DNA of 64,000 bases from a virus. Its lineage: Duplodnaviria; Caudoviricetes. Positions 15,110 through 26,580 of this stretch are shown here, piece after piece. The notes below the pieces were generated by a model that ran no database searches, had not been told where the DNA came from, and was given only the letters and a program-made list of their open reading frames with translations. How positions within the stretch are numbered: position 1 is the first letter of the stretch; the number at the start of each line of letters is the position of its first letter. The stretch spans positions 30,304 to 94,303 of the IMG/VR virus record IMGVR_UViG_3300031994_000047. One strand, 5' to 3'. The translations under genes were made by a program, and so were the position numbers.

Positions 15110-15976
15110 TTAGGTACCAGGATTTTTTAAATCGTGGTTATGAATTAAAGTATGTGTAGCAGTTGTAGCATTTCCAGTCACATCATACTTAATCAATTTC
15201 ATCATAACTTTATCAGCAGGACGAAGCACTGTCAAGTTAAGATTGAAAACAGAAGGATCTCCACCAGCTTCAAGAGTTAGAGTGTTTTCAGCAGAAACTT
15301 TTGCCTTAGGAATAACGATCTGGAAGAACTCATCCTCACCAGATGCTTCATTTCTTGCATAAGTATCACCAACCACATAGTAGGTACCGGGGAAAGTATC
15401 AGCAGAAATTTCAATAATACCATAATTCTTAGCAACAACATCATAATTAATGAAAAGTCTGTCATTAGCACTTACTGTTGCATTAGATAGTAATGCACTA
15501 CCATTTGCATCAAAAACTTTTACATCAAAAGCTTGAGGTTCAGAACTTATCGTTGGTGCTGTTGTACTAAGAGTTGCCTTAGCCATCTTTCCATTTCCAA
15601 GATCAATGGTTAAGCCATCAACCATTGCTGAAACAGTAGTTTCTGATCCAACAGTATAAGTCATAGTTCTCATGATATACGGAGAAGAAACCGATTCATA
15701 AACATTTCCGTCACCATACATAACTGCAAGAGACTTCGCAGAGAAAAGCGCATCCTCAAGAGTCACTGTAATCTCTTTTCCATAGTCCCACATGATAAGA
15801 GGCGCATTACCCTTACCACCTTGAGCCATAGTAGTTTCAGCAGTAGTCTCAACAGTAGAGATCTTCAAAGTATCCAAGAAAAGAACTGGAACAGTAGGAA
15901 AACCAGCGCTGTTCAACTTATAGAAGGTAACATCGCAGACTTCTTGAATACCATATTTATCTAAAATACTTGCCAT
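15110..15976 (-). CDS. Major tail (tube) protein, 288 aa, no TAG
   Basis: Size, position between neck/chaperone genes and the TMP, GGAGG RBS, downstream terminator hairpin at about 15063-15091. Confidence 0.8.
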   Translation of the reverse strand: MASILDKYGIQEVCDVTFYKLNSAGFPTVPVLFLDTLKISTVETTAETTMAQGGKGNAPLIMWDYGKEITVTLEDALFSAKSLAVMYGDGNVYESVSSPYIMRTMTYTVGSETTVSAMVDGLTIDLGNGKMAKATLSTTAPTISSEPQAFDVKVFDANGSALLSNATVSANDRLFINYDVVAKNYGIIEISADTFPGTYYVVGDTYARNEASGEDEFFQIVIPKAKVSAENTLTLEAGGDPSVFNLNLTVLRPADKVMMKLIKYDVTGNATTATHTLIHNHDLKNPGT

Positions 15977-15996
15977 TTATAGCCTCCTATTAAATT

Positions 15997-16728
15997 TTAT
16001 TCTAAATTCGTCACCCAATATTTTGGATGAACCTTTTTACTATCAGCGCCCGCAAGTAAGGATTTAATATCAAGATCATATTTTTCTTTCTCTTGATATC
16101 TCTATAACAACATTTGCGCCGCCGCATAACTTAACTCTCCGATATTAAGTGGAGTTATTCCACAATTCATAAAGCAAAGTGAAGACATTAAAGTCTCAAG
16201 TGTAATGCCACCATTTTTTTGCTTTGCTTTAATTCTATCTCTCAATCGCGCCTTCGCTTTCATCTCTGCAATACGCGGATTAAGTTTTTTGTCTAACTTC
16301 TCAACTATCTTCTCACCAAGCGCCGCTCTAACGCAATTCTAAAAATCAAAATAGTCTTCTTCAGTTAAAAACCTTAAATTATCTCGTTTCTTTTTGTTAG
16401 TAATATCTCCAATTAGAAGCTATTTCCTTTCATACAAAAAGAACACATCTTCCCGAATAAAAAACTTAAAAGCGGCGACAACTAAATCTTTCATTTTCTA
16501 ATCATAAATTGCAAGATTAAAAAGTTGTTCAAAAGGAGAAAGCATTTGAGACAAATCAATTTTATTCTCAACATAAGAATCTTCTATATCTTCTCTCGTC
16601 ACTGTTAAAATTTGACGATAGAGAGAAAAATTCTCACAAGTTATAATTTCTCTTATTGTAGGAGGATATACATAACAGATATCTTTAAACTTTAGTGGCG
16701 CGCCAATGAATAAAGCTTCTTTATTCAT
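15997..16728 (-). CDS. Putative tail assembly chaperone, 243 aa (TAG=Gln)
   Basis: MNKEALFIGAPLKFKDICYVYPPTIREI...SLLAGADSKKVHPKYWVTNLE is open with readthrough; overlaps the upstream stop. Confidence 0.6.
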
Positions 16729-17215
16729 AAGTAGACACCTCAAAATTCATTTCATAGCAAGAAATTTCATCAGTTAAAAAGTTAATTGAGAACTCTCCGC
16801 CCCGAATTTTCCCAAGCCCATTAACAGATTTATTGTTTAAAGATTTTTCTATTTCTCCCATAATTGCGAAGGGGCGCAAATTAGAGTCTTTTATAAACCA
16901 CTACGTTAATGGTACAAAAACCTCAATTGCAAGCGACAAATCCTAAACTTCAGAATTAGTCGGATTTGTTTCTCCTCTTACAACTCTTAAAGAAATAATA
17001 CTTTGCGCCGTTTCTTTATATGCAATTCTAGGAACAATCTTAATGAGCTTCTCGTACACTTCTGATTTAATCTATTCTTCTGTTAGATCAGCGCCCGCCG
17101 CAGGATCCTTATCAGTATAATACAGAAGCTTCACAAGATTCTAATTATTCATTAGACGAGTTACAATTCTTTGTAACACAATTCCTAATTCTCCAAGGTC
17201 TCTAACATTACTCAT
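16721..17215 (-). CDS. Neck / tail-terminator-like protein, 164 aa (TAG=Gln)
   Basis: MSNVRDLGELG...NNQNLVKLLYYTDKDP...; TAATG coupling to the upstream gene; missed entirely by the standard-code track. Confidence 0.6.
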
Positions 17216-17946
17216 TAGTTATTACCTCCTTGAAGCCAATAGAAATCTTCATCATCTTCTGGCGTACTAGGATCTGGTTTTTGAGGCGGCGCGCTTAAAT
17301 CAAATTCGTAAACAGGATCAATAGTTACATACTCTACATTCTCAGTAGACTATATATCATAACCAGTAACTCTATAATATTCCTAAAAGGGCTTTTCTCC
17401 TACAATAAAATAGTCATCTCTTCTTACATACTAATTGCGCGGCATAATAAAGAAACTCGTCTTCAGATTCTCAGCATAAATAGTGTCCATACGACTACGA
17501 GATCGAATCTCATTCTTTAACATATTATCTTCTTGCCCATACATATATGCCCAAGATGTTTGCGCGCTACCGTCGCGCGCAGACCAGGTCAAGTAATGTG
17601 TCATTCGTAACATAATGTAACGATTATATCCACTTGCCTTAATCCTTTCGATATAATATACCATCCAAGGCTTCAATTCATTATCTTTATTTGGAAGCAT
17701 AAGAATTGTCCCACCTGGCATATTTAAATTTACATTTGTTAAAAGATAATGTAAAGTTTCAGTTTCATCCTATTTATACTTTTCAAAGCTTCCGACGTGT
17801 TCCGCACCATCATACTCAAATTTTATACGATAAACAGATCTAGCGAGATAAAGTTCAAAGCCTTTCTCTCGCTCGGTCTGGATTCTTGACTAATAATCAA
17901 TCCCATATCGGTTTAATCTAAGAGTATAGATATCATAATATTTCAT
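17215..17946 (-). CDS. Head-tail joining / neck protein, 243 aa (TAG=Gln)
   Basis: Extends track ORF 17431-17721 in both directions through TAGs; TAATG-coupled at both ends. Confidence 0.6.
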
Positions 17947-18203
17947 TATCCATCCTCCTTAGATATTAATCCCATACAATCAAAAATCGTCTTTCTAAAA
18001 TACTCGTATCGAAGATATCTTAGAGAGTTCAATTTATTAAGTAAAATATAATAGTTGATTGTTTTTTGATCTTCTTGAAAACCAAGAAGTTCAATAACTA
18101 AAGAATCTAAATAAGGAAGCCACTCTCCTCCTTTTTCAAATTCGCACAAAAGTCCAAATAGTCGATTCTTTAGTTTGTTAGAATAGCCTTCTGCTAGTTT
18201 CAT
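17946..18203 (-). CDS. Hypothetical virion-module protein, 85 aa
   Basis: Track ORF, translationally coupled to both neighbours. Confidence 0.7.
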   Translation of the reverse strand: MKLAEGYSNKLKNRLFGLLCEFEKGGEWLPYLDSLVIELLGFQEDQKTINYYILLNKLNSLRYLRYEYFRKTIFDCMGLISKEDG

Positions 18204-18631
18204 TCTACCTTTGAGGCTAATTGAGTATAATCGAAACTTTTCTTTTTAATAGAGCGGTAATACTTAGCTTCGAGCTTCTCAGCATTTTTTCTTTCTGCGG
18301 CAAGCATCTAGTTAAATTTATCGAGCAAGTTCGCTTGAGAGAAATCCCTTTCAATATACAAGGGTTTTACATTTTCCCAAGTCAAAATTGTTCTATTTAG
18401 CCATTCACATTTCATATAGGTTGCAAGAATCTAGATCTCATCATTCGTTAGAGTATCTACAAATCCCGCTTCTGTATAATCAAGTGAAACTCTAGGGAAC
18501 TTAAATTGAACAAGAGCCGCGCCAAGTAGTTGAAACAAATCTTCTTCAACTTGTGTTTCTTCCCATAGTTCCCATTCATCATCGAGAATTTTACTTAAAA
18601 ATGCTGCATAAACTTCATCAAAAGAGGTCAT
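18200..18631 (-). CDS. Head-tail adaptor-like protein, 143 aa (TAG=Gln)
   Basis: LTNDEI-Q-ILATYMKCEWL...; ends at TGA overlapping the next ATG (ATGA). Confidence 0.65.
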
Positions 18632-18634
18632 TTA

Positions 18635-19111
18635 TTATCCCTCCTGATTCATCTTCTTTAACCTCACAGCGCCGATAATATCTCTACCTGTAAGCTCCTT
18701 CAGAAATTCGTTCTTTTCAAAATCTAAAAGATGATTATCAATAGCATAATCAATTAAAAATCCAATTTGTTCAAGCGAAAGAGCCTTAACTTTTTCTTTA
18801 AATTCATCAAATGGCATAATTGTCATATAATTGCGCCGTTCCTTATCACTTAAAACAATAATATTAACTGGTTCGGTTGCATCTTCTGGTTCAAGTCCAA
18901 GTTCTTGCTTTTCAGTAAGATCTTCAATATATAATATTCCATTATCAATTGCATATTTTACACCAGGATAGTATAAAAGTTGTTCAAGCACTTCTTTTTC
19001 AATGTAAAAACTACTACCAGGCTGCCACATATGACGAAATCTTATTTCGGGCAAATAAATACCCGCAGGACTATTACTAACATTAGTAACCTTAATTTTG
19101 TTGTTTTCCAT
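18635..19111 (-). CDS. Hypothetical protein downstream of MCP, 158 aa
   Basis: Track ORF with AGGAG RBS. Confidence 0.75.
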   Translation of the reverse strand: MENNKIKVTNVSNSPAGIYLPEIRFRHMWQPGSSFYIEKEVLEQLLYYPGVKYAIDNGILYIEDLTEKQELGLEPEDATEPVNIIVLSDKERRNYMTIMPFDEFKEKVKALSLEQIGFLIDYAIDNHLLDFEKNEFLKELTGRDIIGAVRLKKMNQEG

Positions 19112-19136
19112 TATACTCCTTTAACTCCTTTTTAAA

Positions 19137-19163
19137 GAAGGGAGGAGTTTCCTCCTCCCCTCA
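19137..19163 (-). terminator. Terminator after MCP
   Basis: GAGGGGAGGAG-GAAA-CTCCTCCCTTC followed by a T-rich run on the minus strand. Confidence 0.65.
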
Positions 19164-19190
19164 AATTTATAATATATTAGATCTTATAGA

Positions 19191-20255
19191 TTAAAACCCA
19201 TAAGGATTTTCCATGGTTTGTGGAATATTGCTCATTTTATAAGTAGCCCAGTTATAATTAGTCAAAATAGCACAACCCATCTTCTTCCAAGCATAAAGCT
19301 CGATAGAATTATCTCTATTCTCATGATCCTTAATCTGAGTTTGACCCTCAAGCACAACCTTCACAACCTTCTCTTTTCCAGTAGGAAGTATGTAAGCAAG
19401 TTGAGGATCGATCCAAGTCTTAGTATTGGTTTCATCAATGAAAGACTGAGGAATCTGAACGATCGGCGCGCCACGGAAGATATTGATATATCCAGTTCTA
19501 TGAATGGCTTCAATATCATCTGGAGAATAAATACCAACCACAGGATTAGTATTAGCACCGCCAATAGGAACAATAGCATCAGGACCCATAGCCGCAACAA
19601 ACTCAGGTGGTGCAAAGATAGTCACACCATCACCATAAGCTCTTACGACGTTCATAAGTTGAACCATCTTATCAGCTTCAAAATCACCAAGGGCCTCATA
19701 TTTATTTGTATTTGGCATATTATTGAAAGCAGCACGAAGAGCCTTCTGAACTTCCATATAGACAGCATCAATCAAGCCATCGCTAATAATGCTAGCAACC
19801 TCTGCAAGAGACTCAGCGCCATCAAGCATACGCTCGAAGTCAATAGTAGCACCGCCACCAACTGCGTGAGCAGCAACTTCAAAAGTATTGCTATCAAGTC
19901 TGAAAGTTTCATAAACACCAGAAAGACCAACTTGAGTCAAAAACTTCTTAGCGCGCTCTTTACCAGCTCTCTTCTTAAAGATAGCCTTCTCACCTTGTGC
20001 CACAGTCTGCACCTCAGCGAAAGGAGCAAGAGCAGAAGCAACAGTCTTAGGAAGAACTTCATCAACACTCTCAACAATAATTTGATAAATGTCGTATCTG
20101 TTCTTCATAAACATATTAACAGAACCAGCAAGTTCCTTTAGACCATCGGCAAAAGCCGCATCCATATCAATTTGAGTTCCTTCCTTCGCATAGTTAGCAG
20201 GAACAGTGCCCTTAATTGCATGAAGGGCGATTTCTCTTAATTCACTAAAAGTCAT
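19191..20255 (-). CDS. Major capsid protein, 354 aa, no TAG
   Basis: Size and position after portal, protease and decoration; strong RBS AAGGAGG; biased codon usage; downstream terminator. Confidence 0.85.
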   Translation of the reverse strand: MTFSELREIALHAIKGTVPANYAKEGTQIDMDAAFADGLKELAGSVNMFMKNRYDIYQIIVESVDEVLPKTVASALAPFAEVQTVAQGEKAIFKKRAGKERAKKFLTQVGLSGVYETFRLDSNTFEVAAHAVGGGATIDFERMLDGAESLAEVASIISDGLIDAVYMEVQKALRAAFNNMPNTNKYEALGDFEADKMVQLMNVVRAYGDGVTIFAPPEFVAAMGPDAIVPIGGANTNPVVGIYSPDDIEAIHRTGYINIFRGAPIVQIPQSFIDETNTKTWIDPQLAYILPTGKEKVVKVVLEGQTQIKDHENRDNSIELYAWKKMGCAILTNYNWATYKMSNIPQTMENPYGF

Positions 20256-20274
20256 TATTATACCCTCCTTTCAA

Positions 20275-20811
20275 TTAAGCATTATAAACTTGGAACTTCA
20301 CGCCATACTGACCATCAGGCATTGTAGTACCCTTAACTGCGCGCAGAACAACGCCAACAGTAGGAACAGTAGTAGAAACAGCGATAGAACCATCAGAACT
20401 TGTAGTACCATAAACAGTACCACTCTCAACCGCCGACTTCAAAGCAGTCTCAGTAGCAAACTCAGTGGTATTATAAGAAATGCAGTTAGTAGTGAACTTA
20501 TCACCAACGGAAAGATAACCAAGACGAGGATAGAAGTCATTTGTTCCAAGAGCAAAATTCTTCAAACCAGGAGTTCTTTCATCATAAATGTGTTCTGAAC
20601 TATAATTAATAGCAACAGGAAGAGAGGTGTCAACTGCAAACTTCACAACTCTATTCACATTATCAACAGCAAGAATCATACCATTTTCGGCAACCTTGCC
20701 ATTAAAATCAGTGGTGTCTAGGGCACATTGAGCTTCAATACGACCATCTCTACGGAAGGCGCAGTTATTGATCTCAAGCTGACCATAGCCATCGATAACT
20801 AATCTAGCCAT
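20275..20811 (-). CDS. Capsid decoration / cement-like protein, 178 aa, no TAG
   Basis: Between scaffold and MCP; GGAGG RBS before ATG 20811; ENGMILAVD motif typical of genes in this position. Confidence 0.65.
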   Translation of the reverse strand: MARLVIDGYGQLEINNCAFRRDGRIEAQCALDTTDFNGKVAENGMILAVDNVNRVVKFAVDTSLPVAINYSSEHIYDERTPGLKNFALGTNDFYPRLGYLSVGDKFTTNCISYNTTEFATETALKSAVESGTVYGTTSSDGSIAVSTTVPTVGVVLRAVKGTTMPDGQYGVKFQVYNA

Positions 20812-20831
20812 TTTATATTCCTCCAAATATA

Positions 20832-22199
20832 TTATTTCTTGTATTTATCTAAAAAGGCTTCAATTCCAGATTTTGGCTGCTCCTTTGGAAGCACACCGCC
20901 CGCATTAGAATTTTTGAAGAAAGCAAAGTTTGTTTTCTTTAATTCATAAGCAAGTCTCATATCAAGTTCTTCAGCAGTATAAGAATCTAAGTTAGAAGAA
21001 TAAGTATCTAGGACTTCCTCAGACAACTTATCATTATACTCTGCAATTACAGCAAGTTTATTCTGTTTCTCAATATCAGACTTATATGTTCTTAAAGATT
21101 CAACTTCAGTCTTCAAACCTTCAAGTTCTGCGGTTTGCGCAGTATAAGTTGTATTAAGAGCGTCAAAATCATTTTGAATTTTTTCCTTATCCATTTCTAA
21201 AGTAGAAATCTAATTTGATTTCTCGTCTAATTTGGTGACATAATCTGCATTTTGAGTGTAAATTTCTTCAACCTTTTCAATCTTTTCATTTACAAGCTCA
21301 AAATTACCACCATTAAGTTCACGCAAACGATTTAAAACTGCGCGCTCTGTTTCAGTCACATCTTCAATAAAACAAACTTCTTCTTTTGTAATTTGAAGAC
21401 TATTGGTTTCATCGTTCTTCTAATAATAAGCTCTACGATGCGCGCCAGTCTCTGTATCCATTACAATTGCATACTCATCATAAACCGCGCAAATGCAAGA
21501 AGTGATAATCCAACCACCCTCTTCAGAGTACAAAGGGTTCAGTAAGGTCCAAAGAGCATCAAACTTCTCATCATCAGATAATTTAAAATTAAGCTTTGGC
21601 ATTGGCTCCTCCTTCTATAAACTAAATTGTTTTATTCTTTCTATTGTATCTTCAATTTGTTTCTAAAGGGTGAAGAATGAAGCCCCTTCAAAACAAGGCT
21701 CTACTTTATCTCCTAAAACCTAAAGTCCTAAGAAGGAGCCACTCTCAAAAACTGCATATTTCACACCTTGAATTATTTCAAAGTGGTACTTTAAAGTAGG
21801 CGGAAAAAGTTCCATTGAAAGTCCTTTTCCAGTTATGGTATTTGCTTCTGGATAAAGTGCAGTATAAAGCAAAACGTCCGCGCAAGCATATATTCTTTCC
21901 ACCCCATCTTCATCTAAATGAGGTTCCCACGCAAAGTTTAAATCTGCAGGAACGATACCATAAATGCGCCCCTCTGTTCTTTTTTTTCCATGATCGGTAA
22001 AATCATCAGTATCAAAAATTCCCTTTACTGGCACATAAGGAAGTGAATCAATAAGGCTCTATGCAAAATCGTCAGTTATAAAAGTACCATTACGATTCGC
22101 GCCCTTATAAAAAATTCTTGCGCGCGCTCTAGATAAAGTTTCATTTACCTAAGTTAATTCGCTATAAATCACTATAGGAAAATCTAAACTTATAGCCAC
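20832..22199 (-). CDS. Prohead protease-scaffold fusion, 455 aa (TAG=Gln)
   Basis: GTG 22199 to TAA 20832 joins three track fragments in frame; RIFYKGANRNGT, GLSMEL, FLGL-Q-VLGDKVEPCFEGA; coiled-coil acidic C-terminus. Confidence 0.75.
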
Positions 22200-22202
22200 T
22201 TA

Positions 22203-23672
22203 TCATTCACCTCCCTAATTATCAATTGCTTGTTGATTTTGAATCGTTTTGTCCGATTTATCCTCAAGCTTTTTCTCTGGTGCGCCAGGCTCTCCAGACT
22301 ATGTATAAGAAGAAGTAAGTGGGCGCATTTTATCAGCAAGTTGAAGCACATCATTTTCTAGGTCTTTAATATCAGTAAATTGCTTCTAAGTAAGACCCGC
22401 CGCAACTGCTGGCACTAAGAAACTGTAACCGCTTGAAGCAAGCTTCAATGCAGTTGTAATATACTCATCTTGATTATAATAACTTACGGGAAGAATTTCA
22501 AAGCTAAAGGAAATATTAGAATTACTAAACAAAGAATTCAAAATATTCGTAAAGAAATGTGCATATTTATTTCCAAGTATCATCATAAGAGATAAATCAT
22601 TTTTTATTGAAATTGGAATTGCTTGCGAGCCAGTCGGCGCAAATATTTCAGAACTTACACCAGCATTAGCATAAACATTTTGAAAGATTTGTTTAATTGC
22701 ATTTGCAACATTTTCGCCCGAAGTTTTAGATACGACCGCATCAACATCAGTATAAGTGGTTAAAACTGAAAGATTTTTATTTCCACTTAACATTTTTACT
22801 GAACCTTCATGCATTACTTTCGCTTCTTCTGGTTCAAAAAGTAATTGTCCATCTGTTAAATGTGGCACTTTTTGTACTATAATCTTTTTAATTTCTTCTA
22901 ATTGGCGCTCAAGATCTGTATCAATTGCCTAATCATATTTTAAAATATCTGGTATAATAGGTATAAGAATTGGCAAACTATCATCAAAGAAAGTAAAACA
23001 AACTCCCACATCTGCTGATACCATACACCAAGGATTTGATACTTTTCCTTTAGAATAACGTCTATAATGATTTGCGATCTCTTTAGGGTAAGTTTTTAAT
23101 GCGGTTTCTCTTAGATATTCATCAACAATAGAATCAAAATATGTTACCTTAAACTCTAAAATATCATTTCCATAAATATCTTTGTAAATAGAACGGCAAT
23201 ATTCTGTTGGCAAATCAAAAAGAACAAAACTATCTTTTGTTTTCTCTTGAATAATTCCATAATACGCGCCATAAATCAAAACTCGTAATGAAACACGAGT
23301 TAAGACTTCGCGCAAATGTAAATTTTCGATATAATCTAAAGAGGTATAATACTTCTTTAATATATTTTGGGTGGAGAGTTTACTATTGGTTCTTATATGA
23401 GGAATCAATAACCCGCTATATGTTAAAAGAGAAGCATAATACATTAAGATACGGCGATAAATTGCATTTCGATCATAGAAGTATCTTGAGAGATATTGTT
23501 GAGAAATTGCCTCACCAGAATTTATTATACGTTCTATTTCTTCAAGAGAGTAATCATATCGAGGAGAAAAATATTGAGAGTAATATGTTTCTTTCCAGGA
23601 CGCGGCATTTTTTGCTACGAGTTCGCGCGAAATGTTAGAGAAACAACTTAGATCTCTTTTCACATCTTTCAT
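22203..23672 (-). CDS. Portal protein, 489 aa (TAG=Gln)
   Basis: Track fragments 22929-23672 and 22386-22868 are in frame; C-terminal PLTSSYT-Q-SG; directly after TerL. Confidence 0.85.
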
Positions 23673-23674
23673 TT

Positions 23675-26580
23675 TTATCCTCCTGTAAAGAATACTAATT
23701 GTCTATTTGAAGATTGTTGGCGTTTATACCTTTTTAGATTTTCTTCTTCGAGTTCTTTTATGCGCCAAAGCCCATATTCAAAAGCAGAAAATTTATCTTT
23801 AGGAAAACGAGAATTTATTTTCTCTAAGACAATATCCAAACCGCTTCTTTTAAGTCGAAGATTCGCCATTTCTTCAAAAAGACGAGTAGTCATTTCATGC
23901 GGCATTAATCGTTGAGTTCGTTGCTCGAAACTCATTTTTTGACCTATTTTTGTAGCGAGTAATCTCGCGCGCGCCTCTTGTTCTGTAATAAGAAATCTCA
24001 CCATGCCGCTATTTACTCTTGTGTAAGCATTACTATGGATTTTTGAGTTAAGTGGTCCATTTGCTTTTAAAGAGTATAAGATTTGAGGCGCTTCTTTTGG
24101 CTAAACTTTTTGGTAATCTTTACTATTAAAGAAACCAAGTGGAGCAAGTTCCTATCCTTTTTCATTGAATTGGGTTTGAATCATTTCATCTGCAAGACCT
24201 ACCAGTTACCTTCCGCGCGAGTCGTTAAGTCGCGCGCGTTCATATGAACTGCTATATATTTCTATATAGTTGAGACTATATCTTTATCTTTTATAAGATA
24301 TCCCCTATTTCGACTCACTTGAGCCTACGGTATAAAACCTAGTCGTTGAACATTATTTAAGATTGGAAGTAACTTCGCGCCACATTCTACCATTTTTAAT
24401 CTTACCGATTATATCTGGATGTACACCATATTCATTAGATAAATCTATATTCCGTTCACCATTATTTCCACGGATATAAATTTCTTTTACCTAATTTGGT
24501 GTTAGCTTTGCAGCGCCATTCACTTTTGCTCGTAATCCATTTTCCATGGCGTGATGAATATTTTCTTCACAAGTTACCCATTCAAGGTTATATAAACAAT
24601 TATTTGTTTTGTCTCCATCAATATGATTAACTTGAAGTTGATCCATGTTTGGGACTGGACAAAAATTTTCCATTATCAGACGATGCACTGAATAACGATG
24701 AACCTTCTTAGGCGGTAAATCAGTTGAACATAATGCAACCTTCATATATCCATCCTTATCTTTGGTTTGAGAAAGAAATTTATTGCTTCTTTCACTCCAA
24801 ATTCTGCCATCATCTGTTACATAATAATTGAATTTTAATGGATACTTACAAATAGTAATTAGTTTCTTTTCCATATATATACACCTCCAATAAAAGTGTT
24901 TTTATCTTAAATCTTTGCTGCTGATTGTCCATAAGGAGTTTCCAGCAATTAAAGGGATTTTACTTGAGCATTTAGTCTACCCAAGCCGTTGCAATCCATC
25001 ACGACTTCTCGCGGATTAAATCTCTCAATCAATGTTTTCAAATCTGCTGCTTGGCGCGCGAAAGTTTTAGTTTCTGCTTGGCGTCCAATAACATATAAAT
25101 TAACGAGCGTAGCATAGTATTTTCCATTTCGCACTATAACTTTAAAGATACAAACAACAGATTGGTCGTGTAATCTACCTACCAATACTTTCTATATGAC
25201 GCGTTAAGTCATATACGTTCTCTTATGAACTGCTATATGTTTCCATATAGATAAGACTATATCTTTATCTCATAGAGATATTTTCCATTTCGATCTACTT
25301 AGATCTACTTCCTCTCGGAATAGTCGTTGAGCCAGTTTATACTGGCGCGGATTGGCTATTTTTTGTAGTACTTAGGTTTACACCATATACCATCTTGATA
25401 TTTGTTTCTACTTTCGTAACGTCATAATCTGAGGAAGATTATTTTAGTATATCAAGCTTTAAGCGTTCCCCGCATTAAAGAAAATTTACGCACACCGATT
25501 ACTCGGTGTGGGGACATAAATTTTATCCACCGAAAATAAGTAAAAATAATCGCTATTCTATAAACTTTTTTGCTGCCATTCTGGATTAACAAGTTTTCGA
25601 TATTTTCCAATTTTATTAAAATCAAACCAAGATTCTTTACTTCCCCCATCCCAAATTCCTAAATACTCTGCCGCAAAAGTCTTTTCATCATAAGAAGGAG
25701 AAAGCTTTAAGTTCTATACATACTTTTTATCAATAAGTCCGTGCAAAACTGGAATACGATAATCTAGCCCCATACAGAAACTAGTTTTAGGACTTATAAT
25801 TGATTGTTCAAGTACATCTATAAGCGCCGCATATGCGTAAGAAGATTTCTATCCCGCAGATGTAGCATATATAACTTGTGTATTAATAGACTCGTTTTGG
25901 TTTATAAGTCCATTTTCCATTCTTCTAGACACGTTCATCTAAGGAAGAATGATTTCTGCTATTGCGTCACCGTCCTAATCGCGCGCTTCATCTATGAGCG
26001 TTGCGTGCGTTCTAATTCCTCTGTCGGAATCAAGCGCACCGACCACTGATAATTTACTTCCATTTTTGAAGTATAACTCAGCATAATCTTTTGAAAAGTT
26101 CGCGCGCGGCTCTCCACCATAAACTTCTAACTCATCTTTTAATAGAGGCCAAATGCGCCATATCTCTTGAACTTTTTGTTTTGTTATCTTTGAAGCCTAT
26201 GACTTGTTCGGCGCAACGATAGAGCCAACATGATGTGGCAAGAACATACACTAAAGATACTTCGCAAGTATTGCAAGAAATGTTTTTGATGTAGCACGCG
26301 CCGCAGTAATGTACACATTCGTATATCTCATGCAGGCGCGCAAGAATAATCTCTAATAAGGAAAAAGCTTAAAATTTGATTTTACTGGAGTAATGTGATC
26401 CAAATATATATCAGGATACACAGTATATAGACTCCACATATTCGTTAAGAAATCTTCGTGCTATTCGAGCCAAGTGGGAGTAAGTATAACTCCTTTTTCT
26501 ACCTCAACACCGTCGCGCAACACACGGTCGCGCGCATTAAAAGTCATTATAGGCTCGCGCAGTTTAATAGGTTCTGACAT
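23675..26580 (-). CDS. terL: Terminase large subunit, 3 exons (26580-25525, 25182-24979, 24202-23675), 595 aa (TAG=Gln)
   Basis: LFPY-Q-R Q-motif, AARATSKT Walker A, TLIDE Walker B, YATSAG coupling motif; nuclease motifs SVD|VGR, DCNGLG|VGLAD and KDKFSA. Exon lengths 1056/204/528 nt are all multiples of 3. Confidence 0.9.
24203..24978 (-). mobile_element. Group I intron 2 in terL (776 nt) with HNH homing endonuclease
   Basis: P1 CUUGGGU/GCUCAAG with U.G at the splice site; AAUUGCUGGAAA (P), GUUCAACGACUA (R), AAGAUAUAGUCU (S); GAAA-loop P9; terminal G. Confidence 0.9.
24353..24874 (-). CDS. Intron-encoded HNH homing endonuclease, 173 aa (one TAG=Gln)
   Basis: VHRLI...QVNHIDGDKTNNCLYNLEW; continues KLTPN-Q-VKEIY into an HTH-like tail ending at TAA 24353. 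Confidence 0.85.
25183..25524 (-). mobile_element. Group I intron 1 in terL (342 nt, no ORF)
   Basis: P1 UCGGUG-GAU / GUC..CACCGA; CUCAACGACUA (R), AAGAUAUAGUCU (S); CUAUAUG-GAAA-CAUAUAG P9; terminal G; removal restores SVD-VGR. Confidence 0.88.

Noticed and set aside
19218-20141. 307-aa plus-strand ORF, and similar antisense ORFs such as 12139, 36540, 42740, 46790 and 59878
   Set aside because: Shadows of well-supported opposite-strand genes; no RBS or motifs.
25452-25649. Frameshift in terL suggested by a track ORF
   Set aside because: The G5 run keeps the frame (WDGGSKESWFD); the break is intron 1.
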